Source of the DNA: Candidatus Latescibacterota bacterium
GTDB taxonomy: Bacteria > Latescibacterota > UBA2968 > UBA8231
Reading direction: 5' to 3'
NCBI GenBank assembly: GCA_965204725.1
Contig: OZ242005.1
Span: forward strand, 2,112,001 to 2,176,000
Length of the DNA: 64,000 nt
The notes beneath the pieces were generated by a model that worked only from the letters and a program-made list of their open reading frames with translations, was not told the DNA's origin and made no database searches. The translations under genes were made by a program, and so were the position numbers. Positions 18,950 through 28,785 of this stretch are shown here, piece after piece; position 1 is the stretch's first letter; the number at the start of each line of letters is the position of its first letter.

Positions 18950-20401
18950 ATGCTAGCCGCCATTGTAAAACGCGAATTGCTCGACCACCTCAGCAGCCTG
19001 CGCTTTGGCTTGGCCCTTGTGCTGACAGTGGGGCTGATGGTGCTCAACGCCCTCAGCTTTGTCGGCGGATCCTACGAGTTCCGACGCGACCACTACCTCA
19101 AGCAAGTCCAAGCCCAGCAAGAGATCGGCCGCAGCCACGCCCAACGCGGCCTGTGGAAGCTGATCCTCCATGCCGGGCAAGAGTACATCTATAAGAAACC
19201 CAGCACCCTCATGTTCTGCGCCGCGGGTGCCAACGACGCCCTGCCCGAACGCCTCTGGACCCAAGGCGGGGAAACCTCCTACAACAGCGTCAAATTCTAC
19301 GACCCCTTTGTCCTGATCTATTGGGACATCATCGACATCTGGGCACCCAAGGCCAGCCAACTGCTGGAGACCCAAGCCATAGACTGGGTCTTCATCATCG
19401 GCGGTCTGCTCAGTCTCATGGCCTTGTTGTTCACCTTTGATGCCTTCATCGGCGAAAAGGAGCGCGGCACCCTCAAGCTGGTCATGGCGCAAAGCCTGCC
19501 GCGCCACACCTTGCTGTTGGGCAAGTTCCTCGGCGCAATGCTCGCGCTTGCCATCGCCCTCAGCCTCGCCATCGTCGTCAACCTACTCATCGTCCTCGCG
19601 CTGTCGCAGGTGAACTTGGGTCTGGTCGAGGCCGGGCGCATCGTCGGCATGGTCGGCCTATCGCTGCTGTATCTGGCTTGCTTTGTCGGGTTGGGCCTGT
19701 GGGTGTCCATACGCAGCAGCACCACCCGCTCCAGTCTGGTAGGCGTCCTATTGCTGTGGACCTGTGGGGTGTTGCTCTGGCCGGCCACCGGCGGCGCACT
19801 AGCCGCTCGCGTATTGGTCAGCGAGTTCGAGGAGGAGTTGGTGCTAGGGTGGGGCTTTGCAAACAACAACACGCCCGCCCACCAGAAACTCCAAACCCTC
19901 AAGAGCCTTTTGCGGAACCGCGATCTGAGAAACCCCCAAAAGGTGCGCCAGTTGGCCGACGCCCAACGCGCCGTGCGCCAGTTCCACCAAGACCGAGAAG
20001 ACCGCTTTCTGGCCTACAGTCTCGGCGAAGTCGAAACAGCCCGCCACATCGTCCGCCTGTCGCCCATGGGCTGCTTCCAATACGGCATGGAAGCCCTCGC
20101 CGGCACCGGACTAGCGCGCCACAAGAGCTTTGTCGAGCAGGTGAGGACCTATGTCCAGCAGTTCGAGCAAACCATGCTCAACCGCGACCGCGACGACCCC
20201 AAAAGCATGCACATCCACCTCGTCGCCCAAGGGCTATCGCGCCAGAAAATCAACCCGGACGCCCTGCCCGTCTTCACCGAGAACCTGTCGGCGACAACCT
20301 TGCTGCGACACGCGGTCGTCGATGTCATCGGCCTATTCTTCTTCGCCATCCTCACCTACCTGCTGGCCTACCGGTCATGGCTACGCGCCAGCATCGTCTA
20401 A
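18950..20401 (+). CDS. ABC-2-type permease, subtype B2
   Basis: Start MLAAIVKREL after AAGGAG; paralog of B1. Confidence 0.9.
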   Translation: MLAAIVKRELLDHLSSLRFGLALVLTVGLMVLNALSFVGGSYEFRRDHYLKQVQAQQEIGRSHAQRGLWKLILHAGQEYIYKKPSTLMFCAAGANDALPERLWTQGGETSYNSVKFYDPFVLIYWDIIDIWAPKASQLLETQAIDWVFIIGGLLSLMALLFTFDAFIGEKERGTLKLVMAQSLPRHTLLLGKFLGAMLALAIALSLAIVVNLLIVLALSQVNLGLVEAGRIVGMVGLSLLYLACFVGLGLWVSIRSSTTRSSLVGVLLLWTCGVLLWPATGGALAARVLVSEFEEELVLGWGFANNNTPAHQKLQTLKSLLRNRDLRNPQKVRQLADAQRAVRQFHQDREDRFLAYSLGEVETARHIVRLSPMGCFQYGMEALAGTGLARHKSFVEQVRTYVQQFEQTMLNRDRDDPKSMHIHLVAQGLSRQKINPDALPVFTENLSATTLLRHAVVDVIGLFFFAILTYLLAYRSWLRASIV

Positions 20402-20434
20402 AGAAAAGGAAATACCCATGCAGACCATCGTAAT

Positions 20435-20461
20435 GTCATTCCCGCGAAAGCGGGAATCCAG
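20435..20461 (+). repeat. REP/dRS3-like palindrome GTCATTCCCGCGAAAGCGGGAATCCAG
   Basis: ATTCCC-N8-GGGAAT core; further copies at 25392 and 41430. Confidence 0.75.
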
Positions 20462-20516
20462 AATTGCCATAACACCTAACAACCGACGGCCCAGCCGTCC
20501 ACGCGAGGAGAACCTC

Positions 20517-21326
20517 ATGAAACCCCTAGCCATTTTCGCCCTGATCGCCATCGCCAGCACCGCCATGGCCGACCCCAAACGCGAGTTTGGCGGCTTTTCG
20601 TCCAACCCTCGCGATCTCCAAGTCTTTCTCGACTATATCCATAGCTTGGAGATGAGCAAGGTCGAGGCCGGGGCCGAATTGCAGAGCGCGATAGCGGCCA
20701 TCCCCGTCGAGTCAGACAGCACCCTTACTGCCGAGCAAGCAGCCAACCTGCGCGACTGGCTCTACGACTTTCTCGTCACCTTTTCGGTTTCCGGCAACGA
20801 CAGCCTCGCCGCCGCCTTTTACCTCCGCGAGGGCGTTACCAACCCCGGCGAGTTAGAGACAATGAAAGAAAACCTTGAGACCTGGGGGCTTATAGAGGGC
20901 ACTACGCCCTTTGACCTCTTCCGAGCTATGCACCGCTCCATACTCGACCACCAAGAGTATGAATACCGCTTTGGCAACGCATCTTTTCTTCACAGCACAT
21001 TCAAGGTATTCGAGATGCAGGGCCAGTACGAGAGTTATCTGTCCTATGCTAGGGCCAACGGCATGGTGGTGGCCGGGGGGTTGTATATGGACAAGTCCAA
21101 ATTGCAGCAAGAGGTCGAGGAAGCGATACAAGCGGGCGAGCAGCGGCTCTTAGCCCAATTCATGTTCATTACTGAAGAGCCCGAGGAGTTCGCCGAGTCT
21201 AAAAGGCCGATACGCACCCCATTCTTTTTTCGGCTAGTCTGGGACCCGGACCGGACGATGTGGCGCTTTGTCGAGGTGGTTTACAACTCCAATCTGCCGC
21301 ATTTCTTCCAATTCTCTTCCATGTAA
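20517..21326 (+). CDS. Family X secreted protein, copy 7
   Basis: Start MKPLAIFAL after GAGGAG; family motifs. Confidence 0.9.
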   Translation: MKPLAIFALIAIASTAMADPKREFGGFSSNPRDLQVFLDYIHSLEMSKVEAGAELQSAIAAIPVESDSTLTAEQAANLRDWLYDFLVTFSVSGNDSLAAAFYLREGVTNPGELETMKENLETWGLIEGTTPFDLFRAMHRSILDHQEYEYRFGNASFLHSTFKVFEMQGQYESYLSYARANGMVVAGGLYMDKSKLQQEVEEAIQAGEQRLLAQFMFITEEPEEFAESKRPIRTPFFFRLVWDPDRTMWRFVEVVYNSNLPHFFQFSSM

Positions 21327-21356
21327 CCCATCGTACTGAAGGAAGGAGCTATTCCA

Positions 21357-22808
21357 ATGCTAGCCGCGATTGTAAAACGCGAATTGCTCGACCACCTCAG
21401 CAGCCTGCGCTTTGGCTTGGCCCTCGTGCTGACGGTGGGGCTAATGGTGCTCAACGCCCTCAGCTTTGTCGGCGGCTCCTACGAGTTCCGACGCGACCAC
21501 TACCTCAAGCAAGTCCAAGCCCAGCAAGAAATTGGCCGCAACAACGCCCAACGCGGCCTGTGGAAGCTGATCCTCCATGCCGGGCAAGAATACATCTATA
21601 AAAAACCCAGCACCCTCATGTTCTGCGCCACCGGGGCCAACGACGCCCTGCCCGAGCGGCTCTGGACCCAAGGCGGGGAAAACTCCTACAACAGCGTCAA
21701 ATTCTACAACCCCTTTGTCTTGGTCTATTGGGACATCATCGACATCTGGGCACCCAAGGCCAGCCAACTGCTGAAGACCCAAGCGGTTGATTGGGTCTTT
21801 ATCATCGGCGGTCTGCTCAGTCTCATGGCCTTGTTGTTCACCTTTGACGCCTTCATCGGCGAAAAAGAGCGCGGCACCCTCAAACTGACCATGGCGCAGA
21901 GCCTGCCGCGCCACACCCTACTGCTGGGCAAGTTCCTCGGCGCAATGCTCGCGCTCGCCATCGCCCTAAGCCTCGCCATCGTCGTCAACCTGCTCATCGT
22001 CCTCGCGCTGTCGCAGGTGAACTTGGGCTTCGTCGAGGGCGGGCGCATCGTCGGCATGGTCGGCCTATCGCTGCTGTATCTGGCCTGCTTTGTCGGATTG
22101 GGGCTGTGGGTGTCGATACGGAGCAGCACCACCCGCTCCAGTCTGGTAGGCGTGTTGTTGCTGTGGACCTGCGGGGTGTTGCTCTGGCCGGCCACCGGCG
22201 GCGCGTTGGCCGCTCGCGTGTTGATCAGCGAATTCGAGGAGGAATTGGTGCTGGGGTGGGGCTTTGCAGACAAGTACAACCCGGACCAACAGAAACTTAA
22301 TGATCTAAAGAATACGTTGCGGAACCGCGACTTGAGAAATCCCCAAAAGGTGCGCCAGTTGGCCGACGCCCAACGCGCCGTGCGTCAGTTCCGCCAAGAC
22401 CGCGAAGACCGATTTTTAGCCCACAGCCTCGGCGAAGTGGAAAACGCCCGCCACATCGTCCGCCTGTCGCCCACCGGCTGCTTCCAGTACGGCATGGAAG
22501 CCCTCGCCGGCACCGGACTAGCGCGCCACAAGAGCTTTGTCGAGCAAGTCCGCACCTTTGTCCAGCAATTCGAGCAAACCATGCTCAACCGCGACCGCGA
22601 CGACCCCAAAAGCATGCACATCCACCTCGTCGCCCAAGGGCTATCACGCCAGAAAATCAACCCGGACGCCCTGCCCGTCTTCACCGAGAACCTATCGGCG
22701 ACGACCCTGCTGCGACACGCGGTTGTCGATGTCATCGGCCTATTCTTCTTCGCCATCCTCACCTACCTGCTGGCCTACCGATCATGGCTACGCGCCAGCA
22801 TCGTCTAA
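21357..22808 (+). CDS. ABC-2-type permease, subtype B3
   Basis: Near-identical to B2. Confidence 0.9.
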   Translation: MLAAIVKRELLDHLSSLRFGLALVLTVGLMVLNALSFVGGSYEFRRDHYLKQVQAQQEIGRNNAQRGLWKLILHAGQEYIYKKPSTLMFCATGANDALPERLWTQGGENSYNSVKFYNPFVLVYWDIIDIWAPKASQLLKTQAVDWVFIIGGLLSLMALLFTFDAFIGEKERGTLKLTMAQSLPRHTLLLGKFLGAMLALAIALSLAIVVNLLIVLALSQVNLGFVEGGRIVGMVGLSLLYLACFVGLGLWVSIRSSTTRSSLVGVLLLWTCGVLLWPATGGALAARVLISEFEEELVLGWGFADKYNPDQQKLNDLKNTLRNRDLRNPQKVRQLADAQRAVRQFRQDREDRFLAHSLGEVENARHIVRLSPTGCFQYGMEALAGTGLARHKSFVEQVRTFVQQFEQTMLNRDRDDPKSMHIHLVAQGLSRQKINPDALPVFTENLSATTLLRHAVVDVIGLFFFAILTYLLAYRSWLRASIV

Positions 22809-22825
22809 AACCCAAGGAGACCCCC

Positions 22826-23686
22826 ATGAAACCCCTAGCCATTTTCGCCCTAATCGCCGTCGCCAGCGCAGCCATAGCCGATCCCAAACCCCAGTACGGC
22901 GGCTTTTCGCCCGACGCCGATGGCCAGCAAGCCTATCTCGACTACATCCACAGCTTGGACATGATCGAGATCGAGGCCGGAGCCGAGTTGCAACAGGCCA
23001 TCGAGGCCATCCCCGTCAAGGCGGGCGTCGCCATCACGCCCGAACAAGAAGCCGGCCTGCGCGACTGGCTCTACGACTTCCTCGTCGCCTTCTCCGCTTC
23101 CGGTAGCGACAGCCTCGCCGCGGCCTTTTACTTGCGCGAGGGCGTCAATAATCCCACCGGAATACAGGAGATCAAAGCGCAATTTGCCGCCTTTGCAAAC
23201 GCCCCCGCCGACCAGCTAAAGTCAATGGGGATGGCGCCTCCCAAGCAACCCGTTGACGATACCCCTTTTGCCCTCTTCCAAGCCATGCACCGCTTCGGCG
23301 TCAACGTGAAGGGGCGCGATTACTTCTTAGGCAACGCCTCCTTTTTCGACAGCGCGTACAGAATTTTTGCACTGCAAGGGGCTTATGAGAGCTATGCGAC
23401 CTACGCCACTTCTCGCGGCCTGCTGCCCACCGGGGGCCGTACAGAGTGGTCCCCCAAGCTGAGAAAGGAGATGGAAGAAAGGCTAAAGGCGGGCGAGCCG
23501 GAAGTAGCGGCCGAGTTCATGTTCATCGCCGAAGAGCCGGAAGAGTGCGCCGACTTTGAAACGGGGCCGCTGCGCTTCCCGTTTTTCGTGCGACTCGTCT
23601 GGAGCTCAGAAAAGGCTATATGGCGTCTGGTAGAGGCCTTCGCGCCGAATGACGCGCCGGTTCTCTTCTTGTTTAAGTCAACGTAA
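22826..23686 (+). CDS. Family X secreted protein, copy 8
   Basis: Start MKPLAIFAL after AAGGAG; family motifs. Confidence 0.9.
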   Translation: MKPLAIFALIAVASAAIADPKPQYGGFSPDADGQQAYLDYIHSLDMIEIEAGAELQQAIEAIPVKAGVAITPEQEAGLRDWLYDFLVAFSASGSDSLAAAFYLREGVNNPTGIQEIKAQFAAFANAPADQLKSMGMAPPKQPVDDTPFALFQAMHRFGVNVKGRDYFLGNASFFDSAYRIFALQGAYESYATYATSRGLLPTGGRTEWSPKLRKEMEERLKAGEPEVAAEFMFIAEEPEECADFETGPLRFPFFVRLVWSSEKAIWRLVEAFAPNDAPVLFLFKST

Positions 23687-23753
23687 TCAACGCGACCGAG
23701 GCGGTCTCCAAGCTAGCCCGAAGGCCGCTTCAATTAACCCAAGGAGCTGCGCC

Positions 23754-25325
23754 ATGGTCGGCATTGTGTTCAAAAAAGAGATGCTCAGTCATCTGCTCAG
23801 CCAGCGCTTCGCCGCTTGCACCATCCTCGCCGTCGTGCTCATCATCGCCAACGGCGTCCTCACGACCCAGACTTATGTCGAGAAAAAGGTCAGCTACCTC
23901 ACCCAGCGGGCCGTTGAGGAAACCAAACGGCACGAAGTCACCTATTATTCGGTGCTGGGCAGCGACTGGTTAAACACGATCTTCAGTAACAAACCCAAGG
24001 CGGCACCGCGTGCTCTGCGGGCTCCGCGTCCCTTAGAAGCGTTCGCCCAAGGCGATGAACAACAGTTGGGACAGGCCGTCAAGGTGATCCTCTTCGAGGT
24101 GCCCTACCAAGCCGAGGAGGTCTCCCCCTTCCAGTCGAACAACCCCTACCTCGCCATCTTTGCCTTCTTCGACGTGGTGTACATCTTCCAACTCGTGCTC
24201 GGCTTGCTAGCCATCCTCATCGCCAGCGAGACCATCTCCGGTGAGAAGGAAGACGGCACGTTGCGGCTGATGCTGACGACCAACGTCAGCCGCGCCCAAG
24301 TCCTCGTCGGCAAAATCCTCGCCGGCCTGACCACGCTAGCCATTCCAACGGCTCTCGGCTTCATTCTGCTGACGATCTTGCTGTTGGGCACGGAGCAGAT
24401 CGAAGTCGGCGTCGGCGAGTGGGCGCGGGTGGGCTTACTGTTCGCGCTGTCGCTGCTGTATCTGCTAGTGTTCTACCTGATTGGGCTGGCGATCTCGTGC
24501 GCGACGCACCGCTCGGCCACCAGCTTGGTCGTCGCGCTGTTTGCGTGGGCGTTGCTGGCGATAGTGCTGCCCAACAGCCTCTCGGCTTGGCTCAACGAGC
24601 AGGCCAACATGGGCGAAAAGCATGCCCAAGCCCACCACAAGGCCGCGCAAGTGTGGCAGGAGTTCGATCAGGAGGTCACCGATCTTGCCCGGGCGCACGG
24701 CCAGACGAAGTACTTCCCCTTGGATATGGTCAAGCGGCTCCCGCCGAAGAGGGGACGCGGGACTTTGTCCAGCTTTGAAGGAACGGACGCTTACTCTATA
24801 AGAGACGGGCAGACGCCTCATATCTATCTATCGAATGTCGCCGATACGCCCGCGCTGACGAAGTTCCAAGACATCGTCCGCACCGGCGAAAGGCTACGCT
24901 TGAAATACGCCCAACGCGCTTGGAACGAGAAAGCCCCTCTCCTCGAAGGCTTCCCCCGCCGCATCCAACGCCGCAACAGCCAACTCCAGCGCCTGCTGCC
25001 CCCCGGTGCCTACGCCCAAGCCGCCAGCCTGATCGCCGGCACCAGCCGACGCGAATACGACGACTTCATCGGCCAAGTCCGCACCTATCGCGGGCAGATC
25101 ATCTCCTTCCTCGAAGAGCGCGATGCGTTTGGCTCCCGCGAGTGGTTCAACGACGACCCCGGCTGGCGCGCCGACCTGCGCGACTTGCCGCAGTTTTACG
25201 AGCGCGGCTGGACCGTCGCCGAGAGTATGCGCCACGCCTTGCCGGCGTTGACCTCCCTGCTGCTGTATGCAGCCGTGCTCTTCGTCCTCGCCAACCGCCT
25301 CTTCGCCCGCTACGACGTGATGTGA
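23754..25325 (+). CDS. ABC-2-type permease, subtype A4
   Basis: Start MVGIVFKK; closest to A3. Confidence 0.9.
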   Translation: MVGIVFKKEMLSHLLSQRFAACTILAVVLIIANGVLTTQTYVEKKVSYLTQRAVEETKRHEVTYYSVLGSDWLNTIFSNKPKAAPRALRAPRPLEAFAQGDEQQLGQAVKVILFEVPYQAEEVSPFQSNNPYLAIFAFFDVVYIFQLVLGLLAILIASETISGEKEDGTLRLMLTTNVSRAQVLVGKILAGLTTLAIPTALGFILLTILLLGTEQIEVGVGEWARVGLLFALSLLYLLVFYLIGLAISCATHRSATSLVVALFAWALLAIVLPNSLSAWLNEQANMGEKHAQAHHKAAQVWQEFDQEVTDLARAHGQTKYFPLDMVKRLPPKRGRGTLSSFEGTDAYSIRDGQTPHIYLSNVADTPALTKFQDIVRTGERLRLKYAQRAWNEKAPLLEGFPRRIQRRNSQLQRLLPPGAYAQAASLIAGTSRREYDDFIGQVRTYRGQIISFLEERDAFGSREWFNDDPGWRADLRDLPQFYERGWTVAESMRHALPALTSLLLYAAVLFVLANRLFARYDVM

Positions 25326-25340
25326 GAAGCGTTGCTTCAA

Positions 25341-25417
25341 GGATCGAGGGCATCTTGCCCTCGTCGAGGGCGGGACGCCCTCGATCCTAGGTGGATTCCC
25401 GCTTGCGCGGGAATGAC
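25341..25417. repeat. Intergenic palindromes: GGATCGAGGGC...GCCCTCGATCC hairpin plus an inverted dRS3-like copy
   Basis: Imperfect hairpin at 25341-25387; TGGATTCCCGCTTGCGCGGGAATGAC at 25392-25417. Confidence 0.7.
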
Positions 25418-25515
25418 CACATAGAGGCACCATCCTTGGAAGGATAGCGGCTAGTATCGTGTTGTACAAGGCGACGCCCCACCGCCAAAATCCCCTCCTG
25501 CCAGCCGCCGCGTCG

Positions 25516-25713
25516 TGCGACAATTCGACGCATTTGTGCGATGTATCCGCGCACTTTTAGCGCGTCAACAGGGCTTTGCCAAGGGTTTGCAAGACGGGCG
25601 CGAAAATTATCTTATTTTTTACAAAGCATTTTATAACAGATAGTTACGATCATCATCCCAAAGAAATCGGCGCGATTATCACCCGCTGGCCGCCTGTTGG
25701 CACGATAATTGCA
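25516..25713 (+). promoter_or_regulatory. sigma54 promoter cassette 5
   Basis: TGCG-N9-CGCA at 25516-25532 and 25537-25553; TTGGCACGATAATTGCA at 25697-25713. Confidence 0.85.
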
Positions 25714-25838
25714 ATAATACTTGCTGAAACAGAGACAACCTTAAAGAAGGATTCATCGCAATGCTAGCAGCTATTGCAAAACTCAAACCAGTTGCCCCCC
25801 CTCAGCGGCTCCTACGGACTGCGGAAAGGAGTGTAATT

Positions 25839-27350
25839 ATGTATTCCATCTTCTACGTCTTCGGCCTGCTGGTGTGCGCCCTCGCGGCCGACGCCGAAAT
25901 CCTGACCAAGGAACAGCAGCGCATCCTGCTCGACCTTGAAGAGGCCCATCTGACCCGCCAACAAGCCCAAGCGCACGAGGCTGAGATCGCCATCGAGCAC
26001 GAGCAGATGATCGGCCTCAAGGAGCGCGGCGTGGTCACCGGCCAAGAGCTGCGCCGCGCCCGTGAGCGGTTTGAGCGCGCCGGCCAGATGCGGCAACAAG
26101 CCGACCTGAACCTCCAGCGCGCCTTCCTCAACTCCCTCAGCGACGCCACTCACCTCACGGTCGTCAACGGCCAAAAGTACGGCGTCGAGGGCGACAAGGT
26201 GCGCGTGCGGCTCACCCTACGCAACGACTCCGACCTCCACTTGGCGCAAATGGTCGATCGCGCCCGCCGCCGCTACTCCATCAACGGCCTCGACCAAGAC
26301 GCGGAGTCCCTGTTGCAGGTCAACAACATCTTCGTCACCATCCTCGCCGACCGCGTCATGGTCGGCCAGCCCTACCAAGTCCACATCCCGGTGCTGGCCC
26401 TCGGCGAGGAAGTCGAAGTCGAGGTTGGCTTGCAGCGGCCCGAGGTCGAGGACCTCACCGTGCAGCTCCAATACCTCAACCGCAGCGACGACCACGTCAT
26501 CCACTTGGAGAAGGCTTCGGCCCGCGACGTCGTGCGCGTGTATGCCACCCAGTTTTCCCAAGAAGGGCCGCTGGGCAATTCCGTGGAATACGAGTTGCAG
26601 TTGGAGCGGCTGGCCGAGGACGAAAAGATCTTCCAACTGATGGCGCACGGCCTGCCCGACGATTTCCGTTGGGAGTTTGCAAGCGGGGGCCGCAACCTGT
26701 CGCGGCTGCGCTTTTCCCGCGACCACTCCAACGACTCCCTGACCCTCAACGTGTACGTGCCCGAACAAGCCGTCAGCTTTGCAGTGGATCAGCCGCTCGT
26801 GTTCTCGGTGCTGGCCTACGATCCAAAGGACATCGAAGCCGAGGTGTTGGCCGCGGCCGATCCCGAGCGTTTGCAGGCCATGGGCATTGGCTACGAGCAA
26901 CTGCAACTCGTGCCTACGGGCCGGGCCGAGCTGGAGTTGAGCACCCTCAACCTCGACCTCGCCGTCAATGGCGCCGGCGAGTCCCAGTCCGTTTGGCAGC
27001 TCCGCAACCTCGGCACGGTGGAATTGCTCGACATCCGCCTACAGGCCCTGTCGCCGCCCGGCTGGGAAGTCGTCTTTGAGCCGCAGGAGATCGCCCTGCT
27101 GCCGCCGCGCGAGGAAGTAGAAGCCATGCTGACCGTGCGGCCGGTCAACAGCGCCGAAATCGGCCGCTACGAAGTCAAGACCAGCGCCAGCACCCAGCAC
27201 AAGGGGCAGTGGGTCGAGTCGGTCGAGCGCACCGTCAACATAAACATCAAGAGCGATGGGTCGTTCTGGGGCATCACCGGGTTGGTGCTCTTGCTGGTGA
27301 CCATCGTGCTGGGCGTAGCTGTCTTCACCGTGCAATGGAGCAAGCGATGA
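25839..27350 (+). CDS. Exported protein with an N-terminal coiled-coil hairpin, NEW3/NPCBM-associated-like Ig domains and a C-terminal TM helix
   Basis: Signal peptide MYSIFYVFG..., LKERGVVTGQEL hairpin, LRNLGT...PPGWEV...IGRYEV pattern, terminal hydrophobic helix. Confidence 0.75.
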   Translation: MYSIFYVFGLLVCALAADAEILTKEQQRILLDLEEAHLTRQQAQAHEAEIAIEHEQMIGLKERGVVTGQELRRARERFERAGQMRQQADLNLQRAFLNSLSDATHLTVVNGQKYGVEGDKVRVRLTLRNDSDLHLAQMVDRARRRYSINGLDQDAESLLQVNNIFVTILADRVMVGQPYQVHIPVLALGEEVEVEVGLQRPEVEDLTVQLQYLNRSDDHVIHLEKASARDVVRVYATQFSQEGPLGNSVEYELQLERLAEDEKIFQLMAHGLPDDFRWEFASGGRNLSRLRFSRDHSNDSLTLNVYVPEQAVSFAVDQPLVFSVLAYDPKDIEAEVLAAADPERLQAMGIGYEQLQLVPTGRAELELSTLNLDLAVNGAGESQSVWQLRNLGTVELLDIRLQALSPPGWEVVFEPQEIALLPPREEVEAMLTVRPVNSAEIGRYEVKTSASTQHKGQWVESVERTVNINIKSDGSFWGITGLVLLLVTIVLGVAVFTVQWSKR

Positions 27351-28744
27351 CTGCCTATCGATTGGCCTTAGCCGCCCTCGGCTGCTGGGCGAGCGCCCTC
27401 TGCGCCGAGGAGTGGGACCTAACGACCTGTCAGCGCGCTGCCGGCCAGCACAGCCCGGTGATCGAGGCGGCGCGCGCCCGCTGGAACAAGATGCAGGCGC
27501 GCACCCGCCTCGACGTGGCCGAGCAGCTGCCGGACATCGGCCTCGCGGCCCAGTACGAGCGCAGCGAATTAGCCGACGCGAGCGAGCCGGAGGCCGACCA
27601 ACGCGAGCTTTTCTTGGAAGCCCGGCAAGAGCTCTTGCGCTACGGAGCCACCACCCCAACGCGCTTTGCCGCCCAGCACCGCGAGCAGGCGGAAAAGGCG
27701 CGCTACCGCGAGGCCATCATCGACGTGGATAGCCAAGTGCGCCAAGCGTATTACCGCCTGCTGCTGACACGCGACGAAATCGCCAACCGCGACGAGTTGC
27801 TCGCTTACTTCCGCGCCAAAATGGACCGGGTGCAAACGCGCCTCAACGCTGGCTTGGCCCGGCCGGTGGAGCTGTACGAGGCCGAGCTCGAAGTGCTAGA
27901 GGAGCAGTCGCGGATCAACAACCTCCAGCGCACGCTGCGCGCCCTGCATCTCAAGCTCTTCACCGAGATCGGCCTCGTGGGCAAACGCTCGCTCCGCGCC
28001 CTTGAGATCGTCGGCCCGCCCTACGAGCAACTCCAGCTACTCGACCCCGGCGAAGCGGACCTGCCCGGCCTGATTGAGGAAGCCCGCGCCAACCGACCGC
28101 AACTGGACGAACTCGTCTGGCAAATCGGCCAGCAGCAGCGGCAGGCCCGCAGCGTGTTGTGGCAATGGGGACCCCACGTCGGCCTGCAACTGACCAAGGA
28201 CTTCCAAGATGCCGACCTCGGCTTGGACTGGAGCGGCAACGGCCAGACTTGGAAGCTGGTGGGGTCGGGTCGCCGGTCGCTGGCCAGCCGGGGTTTGCCC
28301 CCCGAGCTGGACGCGGGCGAGGGCTGGCGGGTGATGGCCAACGTGTCGCTGCCCCTGTTCCAAGGGGGTCGGCGGCTGGCCCAGCGCGCCGAGGAGAACG
28401 CGCGGCTCCGCGAGTTGCACCAAAACCGCGACGAGACCCGCCACTTGATCGAACTCGAAGTGGTCGAGGCGTTTTACGACTTGAAGAGCCGGCAGGAAAA
28501 CACCCAGATTCTGCGCCGCCGCGCCGATGTGGCCCGCCAGCGGCTAGACACGGTCGAAGAGCTGTTTGAAAACGCCATGGGCAACCTCAACTTCGACGAC
28601 ATCCGCCGCCAGCGGGTCGCCATCAACCTAGCCGAGCAGAGCTACTTTGCCGAGCGCTTGGCTTACATCCTCGCGGCCGAAAAGCTGCGGCGGATACTGG
28701 GCCGAGCGCTCAACAGTGAGTTTTACCAAACCCGTGATCAGTGA
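27347..28744 (+). CDS. TolC family outer membrane protein
   Basis: Signal peptide, VRQAYYRL, LNAGLA, VSLPLFQGGR and VVEAFYDL motifs. Confidence 0.9.
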   Translation: MTAYRLALAALGCWASALCAEEWDLTTCQRAAGQHSPVIEAARARWNKMQARTRLDVAEQLPDIGLAAQYERSELADASEPEADQRELFLEARQELLRYGATTPTRFAAQHREQAEKARYREAIIDVDSQVRQAYYRLLLTRDEIANRDELLAYFRAKMDRVQTRLNAGLARPVELYEAELEVLEEQSRINNLQRTLRALHLKLFTEIGLVGKRSLRALEIVGPPYEQLQLLDPGEADLPGLIEEARANRPQLDELVWQIGQQQRQARSVLWQWGPHVGLQLTKDFQDADLGLDWSGNGQTWKLVGSGRRSLASRGLPPELDAGEGWRVMANVSLPLFQGGRRLAQRAEENARLRELHQNRDETRHLIELEVVEAFYDLKSRQENTQILRRRADVARQRLDTVEELFENAMGNLNFDDIRRQRVAINLAEQSYFAERLAYILAAEKLRRILGRALNSEFYQTRDQ

Positions 28745-28785
28745 TCGCTGACCACAAACCACAACCACGAAGAAAGGATCGCCTC

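Noticed and set aside
18518-20516. Long N-terminal extensions on ORFs 18518 and 20151 (also 3251, 6694, 27209, 33829 and the 47400 start)
   Set aside because: They overlap upstream genes; RBS positions and paralog alignments support the later starts.
946-25713. The five repeated intergenic blocks as MITE/IS ends or ncRNA
   Set aside because: No terminal inverted repeats, target duplications or transposase; conservation tracks the UAS and -24/-12 boxes.
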